Source of the DNA: Haliotis cracherodii
Lineage: Eukaryota
Assembly: GCF_022045235.1 (NCBI RefSeq)
Contig: NW_027266264.1
Span: 86,118,001-86,182,000 of the forward strand
Length of the DNA: 64,000 nt
Reading direction: 5' to 3'
Shown here one piece after another: positions 1-11,800 of this stretch. The position numbers were made by a program, and so were the translations under genes. Every line of letters starts with the position of its first letter. Position 1 is the first letter of the stretch. The notes below the pieces were generated by a model. It made no database searches, was not told the origin of the DNA, and saw only the letters and a program-made list of their open reading frames with translations.

Positions 1-2685
1 GAGTTATTTGTTTGTGTATAGTGTGATATGTGAGTTATTATTGTGTATAGCATGATGTGTGAGTGAGTTATTTGTGAATAGCGTGATGTGTGAGTAAGTG
101 AGTTATTTGTTTGAGTATAGTGTGATATGTGAGTTATTTGTTTGAGTATAGTGTGATATGTGAGTTATTTGTTTGTGTATAGTGTGATATGTGAGTTATT
201 TGTTTGAGTATAGTGTGATGTGTGAGTTATTTGTTTGAGTATAGTGTGATATGTGAGTTATTTGTTTGAGTATAGTGTGATATGTGAGTTATTTGTTTGC
301 GTATAGTGTGATTTATTTGTTTGAGTATGGTGTGATATGTGAGTTATTTGTTTGAGTATAGTGTGATGTGTGAGTTATTTGTTTGAGTATAGTGTGATGT
401 GTGAGTTATTTGTTTGAGTATAGTGTGATATGTGAGTTATTTGTTTGTGTATAGTGTGATGTGTGAGTTATTTGTTTGTGTATAGTGTGATATGTGAGTT
501 ATTTGTTTGTGTATAGTGTGATGTGTGAGTTATTTGTTTGAGTATAGTGTGATATGTGAGTTATTTGTTTGTGTATAGTGTGATGTGTGAGTTATTTGTT
601 TGTGTATAGTGTGATATGTGAGTTATTTGTTTGTGTATAGTGTGATGTGTGAGTGAGTGAGTTATTTGTTTGTGTATAGTGTGATGTATGAGTTATTTGT
701 TTGTGTATAGCGTGATGTGTGAGTGAGTGAGTTATTTGTTTGTGTATAGTGTGATATGTGAGTGAGTGAGTTATTTGTTTGTGTATAGTGTGATGTGTGA
801 GTTATTTGTTTGTGTATAGTGTGATATGTGAGTTATTTGTTTGTGTATAGTGTGATGTGTGAGTGAGTGAGTTATTTGTTTGTGTATAGTGTGATGTATG
901 AGTTATTTGTTTGTGTATAGCGTGATGTGTGAGTGAGTGAGTTATTTGTTTGTGTATAGTGTGATGTATGAGTTATTTGTTTGTGTATAGCGTGATGTGT
1001 GAGTGAGTGAGTTATTTGTTTGTGTATAGCGTGATGTGTGAGTGAGTGAGTTATTTGTTTGTGTATAGTGTGATGTATGAGTTATTTGTTTGTGTATAGC
1101 CTGATGTGTGGGTGAGTGAGTTATTTGTTTGTGTATAGCGTGATGTGTGAGTGAGTGAGTTATTTGTTTGTGTATAGTGTGATGTATGAGTTATTTGTTT
1201 GTGTATAGCGTGATGTGTGAGTGAGTGAGTTATTTGTTTGTGTATAGCGTGATGTGTGAGTGAGTGAGTTATTTGTTTGTGTATAGCGTGATGTGTGAGT
1301 GAGTGAGTTATTTGTTTGTGTATAGTGTGATGTATGAGTTATTTGTTTGTGTATAGCGTGATGTGTGAGTGAGTGAGTTATTTGTTTGTGTATAGCATGA
1401 TGTGTGAGTGAGTGAGTTATTTGTTTGTGTATAGCGTGATGTGTGAGTGAGTGAGTTATTTGTTTGTGTATAGTGTGATGTATGAGTTATTTGTTTGTGT
1501 ATAGCGTGATGTGTGAGTGAGTGAGTTATTTTTTGTGTATAGCGTGATGTGTGAGTGAGTGAGTTATTTGTTTGTGTATAGTGTGATGTATGAGTTATTT
1601 GTTTGTGTATAGCCTGATGTGTGGGTGAGTGAGTCATTTGTTTGTGTATAGCGTGATGTGTGAGTGAGTGAGTTATTTGTTTGTGTATAGTGTGATGTAT
1701 GAGTTATTTGTTTGTGTATAGCCTGATGTGTGGGTGAGTGAGTTATTTGCTTGTGTATAGTGTGATGTATGAGTTATTTGTTTGTGTATAGCCTGATGTG
1801 TGGGTGAGTGAGTTATTTGTTTGTGTATAGTGTGATGTATAAGTTATTTGTTTGTGTATAGCCTGATGTGTGGGTGAGTGAGTTATTTGCTTGTGTTTAG
1901 CCTGATGTGTGGATGAGTGAGTCATTTGTTTGTGTATAGCGTGATATGTGAGTTATTTGTTTGTGTATAGCCTGATGTGTGGGTGAGTGAGTTATTTGCT
2001 TGTGTATAGCCTGATGTGTGGGTGAGTGAGTTATTTGCTTGTGTATAGTGTGATGTATGAGTTATTTGTTTGTGTATAGCGTGATGTGTGGGTGAGTGAG
2101 TTATTTGTTTGTGTATAGCCTGATGTGTGGGTGAGTGAGTTATTTGCTTGTGTATAGCCTGATGTGTGGGTGAGTGAGTCATTTGTTTGTGTATAGCGTG
2201 ATGTGTGGGTGAGTGAGTTATTTGCTTGTGTATAGCCTGATGTGTGGGTGAGTGAGTCATTTGTTTGTGTATAGCGTGATATGTGAGTCATTTGTTTGTG
2301 TATAGCCTGATGTGTGGGTGAGTGAGTTATTTGTTTGTGTATAGTGTGATGTATGAGTTATTTGTTTGTGTATAGCCTGATGTGTGGGTGAGTGAGTTAT
2401 TTGCTTGTGTATAGCCTGATGTGTGGGTGAGTGAGTTATTTGTTTGTGTATAGCCTGATGTGTGGGTGAGTGAGTTATTTGTTTGTGTATAGCCTGATGT
2501 GTGAGTGAGTGAGTTATTTGCTTGTGTATAGCCTGATGTGTGAGTGAGTGAGTTATTTGTTTTGTGTATAGCCTGATGTGTGGGTGAGTGAGTTATTTGC
2601 TTGTGTATAGCCTGATGTGTGGGTGAGTGAGTCATTTGTTTGTGTATACCCTGATGTGTGGGTGAGTGAGTTATTTGTTTGCGTT
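1..2685. repeat. Minisatellite array, 31-bp unit GAGTTATTTGTTTGTGTATAGTGTGATATGT with 39-bp (+GAGTGAGT) variants; intronic in the JmjC gene; continues beyond the left edge
   Basis: Directly visible tandem periodicity. The overlapping ORFs (THTSHYTQ.../HQAIHKQ...) are repeat translations. Confidence 0.97.
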
Positions 2686-3013
2686 TGGAGTGTCACTGGA
2701 GTGTGGTCAGCGAGTGATAGCACAGATATGGTGCAGACAGGCCAAGGATCACAACGAGAACGAAACTCAGACTTGAATCAATAGTTATTGCAAAAGTTTC
2801 TTTCAATATCAATAGTTATTGCAAAAGTGATTTCCAATAGTCACCCGTACTTTCAACACTGATTGGCCGATGTCCACCTGATCTGACCAATTGAAGGGTT
2901 GTCAGATCTGAACAGAGTCGTATCAACTGACAGCAAACATCTGATCTGGGTGCAGACATTTCAACTAATTCAAACCGTATCGTCATCCTGAAGTTGCCAC
3001 AGAAGCAACCTAC

Positions 3014-3187
3014 CTGATCTGCTCATTGGGCGACGCGAAAGTGAACTTGGAGAGTGGTTCTGTGATGTTGAAAAGATGGAATGCTCGACAGTCAGTCGCG
3101 TTGTGCCACCATCGGTGTGAGAACCAGTAGTTAACAGCGACATTGCGATTCTTGTCCCCTCCGCCCGAGTTGATCTGATGGTACCAT
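3014..3187 (-). CDS. JmjC-domain (cupin-like) 2OG-Fe(II) dioxygenase, last exon visible in window (WYHQINSGGGDKNRNVAVNYWF...EQIR); gene continues left of position 1
   Basis: Acceptor ttgcag at 3188-3193 and donor GTAGGT after 3014. Phase 2 joins the previous exon to give IPYK-WYHQ. It carries the distal Fe-binding His and the AVNYWF strand typical of JmjC hydroxylases. Confidence 0.88.
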
Positions 3188-3415
3188 CTGCAATACAACC
3201 AACTCAGTAATGGCACACAGCAGCTGCAGAAATGAGAAGTTGTTAAACAATGACTCCCTACAACAGGTATAAAAAAGAATGGTCCCTATACTTGATTATC
3301 TCCCTTTGATTAAAGTTTGAATGATCAATGTCATTAACTGAAATTCCGAAATATACAACAGTCAGAATATCTGAGTGGGGCAATGGTCTTGTGAGGCAGA
3401 GAGATGCAGTCTTAC

Positions 3416-3576
3416 TTGTAAGGTATATAGATGCAGTCTCCAGCCTCGAGGTGAGCGCGATGCCAGGGTACAGCCTTCAGCCTGGGGTACTGCTGCAAGT
3501 TGACACTATCAACGTCCACCGTGCTGTATGTCCCTTCCTGCACAAACCCATGCGCCTCCACATCAGATTGGTGGGC
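3416..3576 (-). CDS. JmjC-domain dioxygenase exon (AHQSDVEAHGFVQEGTYSTVDVDSVNLQQYPRLKAVPWHRAHLEAGDCIYIPYK)
   Basis: Hand-translated; missing from the ORF track. Acceptor tgacag, donor GTAAG. Contains the VDVD..D/NL..YP and LE.GD.IYIP JmjC motifs; phases 0/2 fit the flanking exons. Confidence 0.9.
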
Positions 3577-4049
3577 CTGTCACAAAAGAAGTAAATTGTT
3601 GCTATTACAAACTCGACACACAGGGAGTAAAGCTGATTTTTTTTAGGACATTGTTAAAAACCACAATCAGAAATACTCCACTGACAACACTGTGGTTAAC
3701 AATGAACACTGGCTCGGACAAACCCTTGTTTGAAAGCAGAGTCCAACTAAGGAACGGGTCATTTACTACAGGGAGAGAGAGGGGGATTGGCTTGGGACGC
3801 CACAACCACCACAACCACAACCACCCAACCCTTATTATGCAACATTTTATCACACACAACACACAACCAATGCATGCAACATTTTTTCATGACCCTATCA
3901 TGAATTACCAGTCTCTAAATAATATTCAAATTATGAAAAAAATATTTTTAAAAAAAATACAATTGTGTCATACTGTCATGTCCCCTCCATATAGTTGGGA
4001 TAAATTTTGGTGACCTCAACCCTTCAATGTTTTGTTCCATTTTTTCCAT

Positions 4050-5575
4050 TTGTTTCACCCTGGTAACCTGTTCACCCAGTACCTTCCCCACCCTGTTAGC
4101 CCAGTACCTTCCCCACCCTGATCATCCAGTACCTTCCCCACCCTGGTCACCCAGTACCTTCTGCACCCTGATCACCCAGTACCTTCCCCACCCTGATCAC
4201 CCAGTACCTTCCCCACCCTGGTCACCCAGTACCTTCCCCACCCTGATCACCCAGTACCTTCCCCACCCTGATCACCCAGTACCTTCCCCACCCTGGTCAC
4301 CCAGTACCTTCTGCACCCTGATCACCCAGTACCTTCCCCACCCTGATCACCCAGTACCTTCCCCACCCTGGTCACCCAGTACCTTCCCCACCCTGATCAC
4401 CCAGTACCTTCCCCACCCTGATCACCCAGTACCTTCTGCACCCTGATCACCCAGTACCTTCCCCACCCTGATCACCCAGTACCTTCCCCACCCTGGTCAC
4501 CCAGTACCTTCCCCACCCTGATCACCCAGTACCTTCCCCACCCTGATCACCCAGTACCTTCACCACCCTGGTCATCCAGTACCTTCCCCACCCTGGTCAC
4601 CCAGTACCTTCACCACCCTGATCATCCAGTACCTTCACCACCCTGATCACCCAGTACCTTCACCACCCTGATCACCCAGTACCTTCCCCACCCTGATCAC
4701 CCAGTACCTTCCCCACCCTGATCACCCAGTACCTTCACCACCCTGATCACCCAGTACCTTCCCCACCCTGATCACCCAGTACCTTCACCACCCTGATCAT
4801 CCAGTACCTTCCCCACCCTGATCATCCAGTACCTTCCCCACCCTGGTCACCCAGTACCTTCCCCACCCTGATCACCCAGTACCTACCCCACCCTGATCAC
4901 CCAGTACCTTCACCACCCTGATCACCCAGTACCTACCCCACCCTGGTCACCCAGTACTTACTCCATCCTGGTCACCCAGTACCCATCCCACCCTGTTAAC
5001 CCAGTACCTTCCCCACCCTGGCCACCCAGTACCTACCCCACCCTGGTCACCCAGTACTTACTCCATCCTGGTCACCCAGTACCCATCCCACCCTGTTAAC
5101 CCAGTACCTTCCCCACCCTGGTCACCCAGTACTTACCCCACCGTGGTCACCCAGTACCTACCCCACCCTGATCACCCAGTACCTACCCCATCCTGGTCAC
5201 CGCGGTCGCCCAGTACCCACCTTGGTCACCCAGCACCCACCCCACCCTGGTCACCCAGTACCTTCCCCACCCTGATCACCCAGTACCTTCCCCACCCTGA
5301 TCACCCAGTACCTTCACCACCCTGATCACCCAGCACCCACCCCACCCTCGTCACCCAGGACCCACCCCACCCTGGTCACCCGGTACCTACCCCACCCTGA
5401 TCACCCAGGACCTACCCAACCCATCCCACCCTAGTCACCCTGTACCTACCCCACCCTGGTCACACGGTACCTACCCCACCCTGGTCACATGGTACCTACC
5501 CTGGTCACCCAGGACCCACCCCACCCTGGTCACCCGGTACCTAGCCCACCCTGATCACCCAGTAACCACTCCACC
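4050..5575. repeat. Minisatellite, 25-bp unit CCCTGATCACCCAGTACCTTCCCCA, degenerating rightwards; intronic
   Basis: Visible tandem periodicity of 25 bp. Confidence 0.96.
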
Positions 5576-5711
5576 CTGCCATTCTTAGTTCTGCTCAGAG
5601 AGAAGATTCATGTGATCCTGCCTTGGTCAGAGTCATGGCCTATGTAAACAGCCACATCCAGACAATACCAAGTCACAACATTCTACATCATCACTGCAGA
5701 ACACATGCCCC

Positions 5712-5917
5712 CCTCAGTACACCACTGCCTCGGTACACCACTGCCTCGGTACACCACTGCCTCAGTACACCACTGCCTCGGTACACCACTGCCTCGGTAC
5801 ACCACTGCCTCAGTACACCACTGCCTCAGTACACCACTGCCTCGGTACACCACTGCCTCGGTACACCACTGCCTCAGTACACCACTGCCTCGGTACACCA
5901 CTGCCTCTGTACACCAC
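5712..5917. repeat. Minisatellite, 16-bp unit CRGTACACCACTGCCT (~13 copies) abutting the exon donor site
   Basis: Visible tandem repeat ending a few bases from the donor at 5920-5921. Confidence 0.95.
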
Positions 5918-5921
5918 ACAC

Positions 5922-6091
5922 CTTATCAATGAGGATGACATCCTTGGTTCCGCTGAGCACACACAGCAGATTATCCAGCTTGTCACTGTGCAGCACGGAC
6001 TTGGTGCCCCCGCTGCTCATCCACAGAACGGCATCATGCAGCACATGCTGGGTTCCCCCACACTGGAGAGTGATGGGAAGGTGGACATCGT
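5922..6091 (-). CDS. JmjC-domain dioxygenase exon with HxD Fe(II)-binding motif (...AVLWMSSGGTKSVLHSDKLDNLLCVLSGTKDVILIDK)
   Basis: Acceptor ttacag, donor GTGTGT. W.S.GGT.S.LH.D..N..C...G.K is the JmjC/cupin_8 core signature; phases 1/0 fit the neighbours. Confidence 0.92.
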
Positions 6092-6794
6092 CTGTAACCA
6101 TGGTAACAAAAGCCTACAAAAGCTGCAAACCATCCGCCATTTCTGTAAGGGACATACCTAAGCTGATGTCTTATGGTTTCAAAGATTTCCAGCTACTATT
6201 TTAAGCTGCATCACTTAATAAACAGGGGGTATGAGTAGTTTGCCCCTAACACATCACGATATTCTTGTGAAGAAGTTCTTTTATTAGTATCACTGTTGCA
6301 GTTTAAGTCTTGTCGGTTATGAATTGATTTTAACAGTTGATAGGTAGAGTCAAGGTTCAATCACATAAAACCATACACATATAAATATACTTTTTTCTGC
6401 AAAGTTTGATCTCAATAATTCACCTATTTTTGAAATAACCCCACTGTCTCATTCTGCCCAATAAGCATAACTGAACAAATATGGCTGACAGGTATCAGAT
6501 AATGAAAACAATTGTTTGTGTAACAAAACGGTGTCGTCACTCCAGAGTGACATTTGAATTTTTAGACTGAACGCGAGAGCAACATGCGGTAATGCTTTGA
6601 AGTTTTAATCTGTTTACGTAAAGGATTAGTATGTTTTAACATAGGATTAGTATGTTCACCTAGGATTGACCATGACCACATCTTAGTAATTAATTATGAT
6701 TTGGTATTCATAGTGGCATGTTCAATCAGTGTCAATCTTAATTAATTAAGTGAGCGTTATTACCGCGATTTTGATAGCGTTATTAGATAACAGA

Positions 6795-7635
6795 TATAAA
6801 TAAAGAAGAAGTTAAACCTTCTTGTGGATCCCCGCCCACGTAGGAATTTACGGCAACGAAAGCGCCGATAAAGCAGCTAAATTATCTCTCAAAATACCAG
6901 AAATAAGCCTAAACCTACCCATCTCAAAATCAGAAATTAAAAGTGTAAACAAACCAAAAATAACCAAAAATGGCATAATCAATATCAAAACTCAAATAGC
7001 CAAATCAAAAAAGTGCTCAGAAAACCATTAGCCAAACCTAAAATCCTACACCCCTTAAAAAAAATTGACAGATTAATTACAAAACTCCAAACAGGACACA
7101 CTAACCTAAATAACCACCTAAAAAATCTTAAAAGGCACACCACAGGCAACTGCCCCCACTGCAAACAACCAGAAACCACAGAACATGCACTCATCCACTG
7201 CACCAACTACCAAACACACAGAACCACACTACAAACCACCCTCAATCTAAATAAGGTTCCGACTCTAGATGAAATACTAAACCCTAAAAAAATAAATTAG
7301 AAAACGTAGGCGTATTCCTAATCAAAACAGACCTAATTAAGCGCATCTAAAAAATAATTAATCTACCAATCCAAAATCCAATAAACATACAAACACCCAC
7401 CTCACCCGGCTCCCTTAGTTCCCTCCTCCACCAACCTCGGCATTTATTCCAAATTTAAAATTCCAAAAATTCAATATAATTATGCAACCCCTAAAAGCCC
7501 CCTCTTGGATTGCACACACCGCTTTCACCCTTTTCGGAATACACTAAATGGTCTGGCCAGGCCCGTGTGCGAAATACGCTACAGTCGGAAAGCGCACGTT
7601 AAATCTTCTATATCAGTCAGTCAGTCAGTCAGTCA
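6795..7635 (+). mobile_element. 5'-truncated non-LTR retrotransposon (I/Nimb-like clade): RNase H C-terminus, CCHC knuckle, 3' UTR and (TCAG)n tail; frameshifted
   Basis: WIPAHVGIYGNESADKAAK (RNase H) and, in another frame, LQTGHTNLNNHL...CPHCKQPETTEHALIHC. A/C-rich strand bias. Ends in CACGTTAAA followed by TCAG repeats at ~7612-7635. Confidence 0.88.
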
Positions 7636-7689
7636 ATGTGAAGTTAGTTGCCAAATGGCAAACGCTCAAGTTGACATCAATTTCCCCAT

Positions 7690-8340
7690 CCCCTCATGGA
7701 GGTAGGATTCTTCGTTTTCAAAGGTTTATGTTCCGTTGCAATAAGAGAGACACATGGCAGTCTTGGCAGTGTCTTGAAAAGACATGTCCTGTACGTGTTT
7801 CGACTAAAGATGACCAAGTCACCATTATTAACCGGGAACACAACCATCACCCCAAACCAGGTGATATTAAGGTATTTTTTTCCTATTCCTAATTCCTATT
7901 TATAAATTCAAAGTTATAGTATAATAATAGTCCATTAAATAACTATATTCTTAGTATTAGAGTATTATTTTGTTTTCTTTCTTAAGACAATTTATGTATT
8001 TCAGGTGTAAGAGACAATCGAGAAGGTAAAAAAAAAGTCAAAAGAGACCACAACATCCTTGCCAAGGCCTATCCCCAATTGTTTCAGTTTCTTGCCTTCC
8101 TAACGAAGGAGCAGCTCAACAATGAGTGTTGATGGTGCAGCATGAAGCTGGAGGAAAGCGACCTACAAAGAGGAGGAGATATACCAACATCAACAACCGA
8201 CTCTTAGAGCGCGACTGATGGATGGTGCCGTATCCAGAATGGAGTATGCCGACCATTGCAGTGAATTGCTTCACTTGAAGTAATGTAAAATGACATTGTT
8301 GTGACATTGTTGATGGTTGTTTAGTGAATAAAATGAGAGT
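7690..8340 (+). mobile_element. Decayed MULE/Mutator-type DNA transposon remnant with FLYWCH-like zinc finger
   Basis: GGRILRFQRFMFRCNK...SWQCLEKTCPVRVST...EHNHHP matches the FLYWCH spacing. The downstream disrupted segment AYPQLFQFLAFLTKEQ...KRPTKRRRY resembles MULE transposase C-termini. Confidence 0.6.
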
Positions 8341-9069
8341 GACAAAACATTTTATTATCTTATTTTATTATTAAAAGAAGAAAGATATCTTATTTATGTG
8401 TCATAATGGGTGGTGATGTGAAATATGATTTGGATTACTGTATTGTTTTAAAACCCTTAATGTGTTTTCATTTGGATTAGGCATGGGGGCTTAAACGCAT
8501 TGTGCACTAAATCCGGCACTTAACTGGTTTGTTAGCAAACCTAACGCTAGAGCGACATACAAGTCGAGTCAAATTGAGCTATTTTCACCCCAATGTCCAT
8601 GATGTCGCTCTGGCGTGCATAAACCAACAAAAAATGAAAACTGCTAAATAAATAAAGACATTGTCCAGGGCTGCTACTCGGCACTAGACTGAGTTAGTTT
8701 ATCAAATTTAGTAGAATGTCAGGCTATTTCGGGGATGTCCTTATACATTATCACTATTCAGCTTTCAAAATGTTTCAGTTCAGTTGCATCCCAGATTTGT
8801 AAGTACAAATTTGTGCTAGTCTGCTGTCCTGAGACAACTAAATTGTGCTGAAGACAATAAAAAATCCAATGATAGTAGTCCTCATTGACTTATAGCACTT
8901 GAGGCCGAGAATGTGAACCAGTTCTCAATGTCTTAATATTGCTACAAATTGGAACTGAATAAAATGGACGAAAATGTAAACACAGTGAACACTTATCTCT
9001 TGTTCAAGTAGGACTAGCTACAAACACTGAGGACAACAGACCTAAGGTTTCCACTAGTCCTCTAGACTG

Positions 9070-9620
9070 GGCTCTTCTTCCCACGGCAAGGGTGTTAACT
9101 GACTATAAAACTTTCCAACTTTGCCAAACAAGGCTGGAATTTCCAGGCACAATCGTAGTGCCACCAGTGGCTATTATGAGTCATGTCTTTTCTATGTTCC
9201 TCCTACTGACCAATCATATTTCATCTCTCATATCACTTGCATTTGCTTCAAACAAAATGACGGTACCCAGTCAAGACCATCTGATTGATAATCAAGATCT
9301 ATATTGTTATAAAACGGGTCTACCCCACGAAGTGCATTAAATAACTTGAGCACCTTGATTAAAAACATGAAAAGAATTGCAAAAAGCCCATTTGACGGTA
9401 CACATGCGTTGCAAATCCTGCAGTCAACCAACAACTGCAGTTGAAATCCATGTTTTTTTATGAACCAGGTATCTAGTTCGTTACTCGATTTTGATTTGAC
9501 TATGCATACAAATGTTAGTCCAGCCAAAATGTAACTCCGGAATTCCAGCCTAGTTCAGCAAGGATGGAAACTGGACATTCATAGTCAGTTAATGCCCTTA
9601 CCTCAGGAAGATGGACTAGC
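9070..9620. mobile_element. Non-autonomous DNA transposon with long imperfect terminal inverted repeats; second, truncated copy at ~59430-59855
   Basis: Left end TCTTCCCACGGCAAGGGTGTTAACTGACTATA...TTTCCAACTTTGCCAAACAAGGCTGGAATT is an imperfect reverse complement of right end AATTCCAGCCTAGTTCAGCAAGGATGGAAA...CATAGTCAGTTAATGCCCTTACCTCAGGAAGA. The internal sequence is shared with the 59.4-kb copy. Confidence 0.7.
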
Positions 9621-9624
9621 TTTC

Positions 9625-9870
9625 ATTTGGTTTGGGGTAGCACTCAGCAATATTCTAGCTAAATTATGGTTGTCTGTAAATAATCAAGTCTGGACCACAC
9701 AATCCAGTGATTTATACCATGAGCATCGATCCACGCAATTGGGATCGATGACATGCATCAACCAAGTCAGCGAACCTGACAACCCAATCCAGTTAGTCGC
9801 TTCTTACGACAAGCATAGTCGCCCTTTAACATGTTTAAGGCAAGCATGGGTTGCTGAAGATCTATTCTAG
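9625..9870 (-). mobile_element. SINE fragment with Nin-domain-like core (same family as 55390-55640)
   Basis: Reverse complement contains ATGCTTGTCGTAAGAAGCGACTAA and a CTAGAATATTGCTGAGTG tail. Confidence 0.7.
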
Positions 9871-9904
9871 ACTTTAAAAAGACAAATTCTAAGGCTGGGA
9901 GGAC

Positions 9905-10056
9905 CTTTCATGCTGCTGGGAAGTGACTGAACCATGTAGACATTTTTCTTCTGATAGAGGTCAAGGAACTCATGGAGGGTCATTGTAGATGGGCGCAGAT
10001 TCCTCTTTTCCTTTTTAGACTGTTCCACTGACACCACCTCACTACCGTATTCCTCC
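9905..10056 (-). CDS. JmjC-domain dioxygenase exon (EEYGSEVVSVEQSKKEKRNLRPSTMTLHEFLDLYQKKNVYMVQSLPSSMK)
   Basis: Acceptor tttcag and a weak GTCCTC donor; phases 2/1 fit both neighbours. YG...V.VE and MTL.EFL..Y are typical of cupin_8/JmjC N-terminal regions. Confidence 0.88.
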
Positions 10057-11142
10057 CTGAAACATGTACAGACACAGATATGGTAAAACATGCATGTAAA
10101 CCACTCCCAGTGTTTGATGAGGTTTGCCATAAGTAAATCTAGGGACCACCTTCACATTTTTATCATTGGGATTATAGGGACCCCTTGACTTAATTCCAAA
10201 CACTGAACACCCATGTTTGCTTACCATGATATGGACAAGCATGGATGTCACCATATCACTGCACTCCCACACTACTAGTACATGTAGTATGATGTAGCAA
10301 CATTTAGAGATAAAGTTTCAATCTAAAATGCACTTTCATCATGTTAATTCATTCTAACAGAAATTTATCAAGACCTGTTCAGAAACCAATATTTTGCCCT
10401 ACATCTGCAGCAAAAGTCAGAAAACATTCCCAAATTAGAATTTATATTTTCCAATTCATGGTTAACATGTATGTTCAATATATCAACCATGGCAGTGTCA
10501 CTGACAGCTTTTATGACAGAGCTGGTTGTCACCTTGACCCATACGCAGATAAGCTGCATGGACTCCATATAATACTCAGTCAATGCTATTTCACCATGAT
10601 CGAGGTAAGCAGTTGTAATATTGTGGAGTGCAGCGTACAACAACAAACCAACTTTGGAAATTTTTCCTTCTTCCTTTTCATGAAAACTGATACACTTTTC
10701 TTTATACATTTATTTTTTAATCGTACTGTACATTAACTGATTAAGAGTCTTCAGTGTTCATTTCCCATGTGATTGGCCTGTTTACTTTTACAAAAGTACA
10801 TTCTGCATAGGCTTCATGCCAATAAACATATAAGCAAACTTCAGGCACAAAATATATATAATTTCTAAGGTGCCTCATATAACAAACTTTGAACCCCACT
10901 GTAATTGCAATAATAAGTTAATGTAACGTTAAGGTCATTGCGATAAATTTTGCAAAACATGCTACATTAATAACATTGCCACAACACGTAGATCTGCACT
11001 AAATTACCAGTGATTACTGATCTCTAAGGGCCAAATTGTTCGCCAAGGAAGAATCGTGACATTGACAGAATTAAATGATATTCCCCATCATAACGCCAAA
11101 TTATCTAAGCTCTATTCACTTAGTTTTTCAACCTTTTCTTAC

Positions 11143-11381
11143 CTAAGAAAATCATCTGTCCATTTTTCAAATGCTGGGAAAGGAGTGTCCAGGAGGGGTG
11201 ACTTCATTAACAGTGGTTGACTTTCCTTCACAAAATTTTCATAAAACACACCTGGTGAAGAGAATTTGCCTATGAATGTCACGCCAAGAGGAGGTGCATG
11301 AGAGCCTAAAGGCTGCTGGTGACCTTTGAGAGTCTCTCCTGCAGCAAACTTCAGTATAAAAACAAAGTAGAGGGGACACAT
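11143..11381 (-). CDS. JmjC-domain dioxygenase 5' coding exon (ETLKGHQQPLGSH...FYENFVKESQPLLMK...AFEKWTDDFLR); the start is uncertain (ATG 11381 or acceptor at 11338)
   Basis: Donor GTAAG after 11143 (phase 2). F...FV....P......A..KW.D.YL-type motif of JmjC hydroxylases. ATG 11381 would give a short hydrophobic N-terminus. Confidence 0.8.
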
Positions 11382-11734
11382 TATCAGAATCTGAATTGCA
11401 ACGTACACCACTGTTGTTTATCAGTATCTCGGTATTAACGGGTGGTTACATCAGTGTCACTATACGTAAAACGATAGAATAGTTGGTTACTGCAGTATCT
11501 GTGTGTCGTGGTATTATTCACACCATCTCATCGTGATGCATCTCCGTCAAATCGAAATCCACGGAATGATTCCTTGCATGTGCGAACACAAATATTTGTA
11601 TTGAATTAAAAAGAACTCAAAAGAAGTTAGATCAGTCGATGAGTGAAGAAGAAGCCGCAGCTAGTGCTTACTGCTGCACAAGAGAAATATATCCGCTTTC
11701 AGAAACAACTAAGAGTGCATCAAGCACTCATTCA

Positions 11735-11800
11735 TGGGGGCCGCCATTTTCAAAGTGGTGCATCATGGTATAGCGGCGTCACGTGATATGTCCCCGGTAA
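11735..11800. promoter_or_regulatory. Candidate core promoter of the JmjC gene, possibly bidirectional with the first ZNF gene: YY1 motif (AAAATGGCGG on minus, 11741-11750) and E-box GTCACGTG (~11778-11785)
   Basis: Motifs seen directly in a locally CpG-richer patch just 5' of the JmjC coding exons. Function is inferred. Confidence 0.55.

Noticed and set aside
1308-2635. Thr/His-rich ORFs on the minus strand
   Set aside because: Translations of the 31/39-bp minisatellite inside a JmjC intron; unit length is often not a multiple of 3.
4027-5932. Pro-rich and HHCL-repeat ORFs
   Set aside because: Products of 25-bp and 16-bp tandem repeats, with no independent coding evidence.
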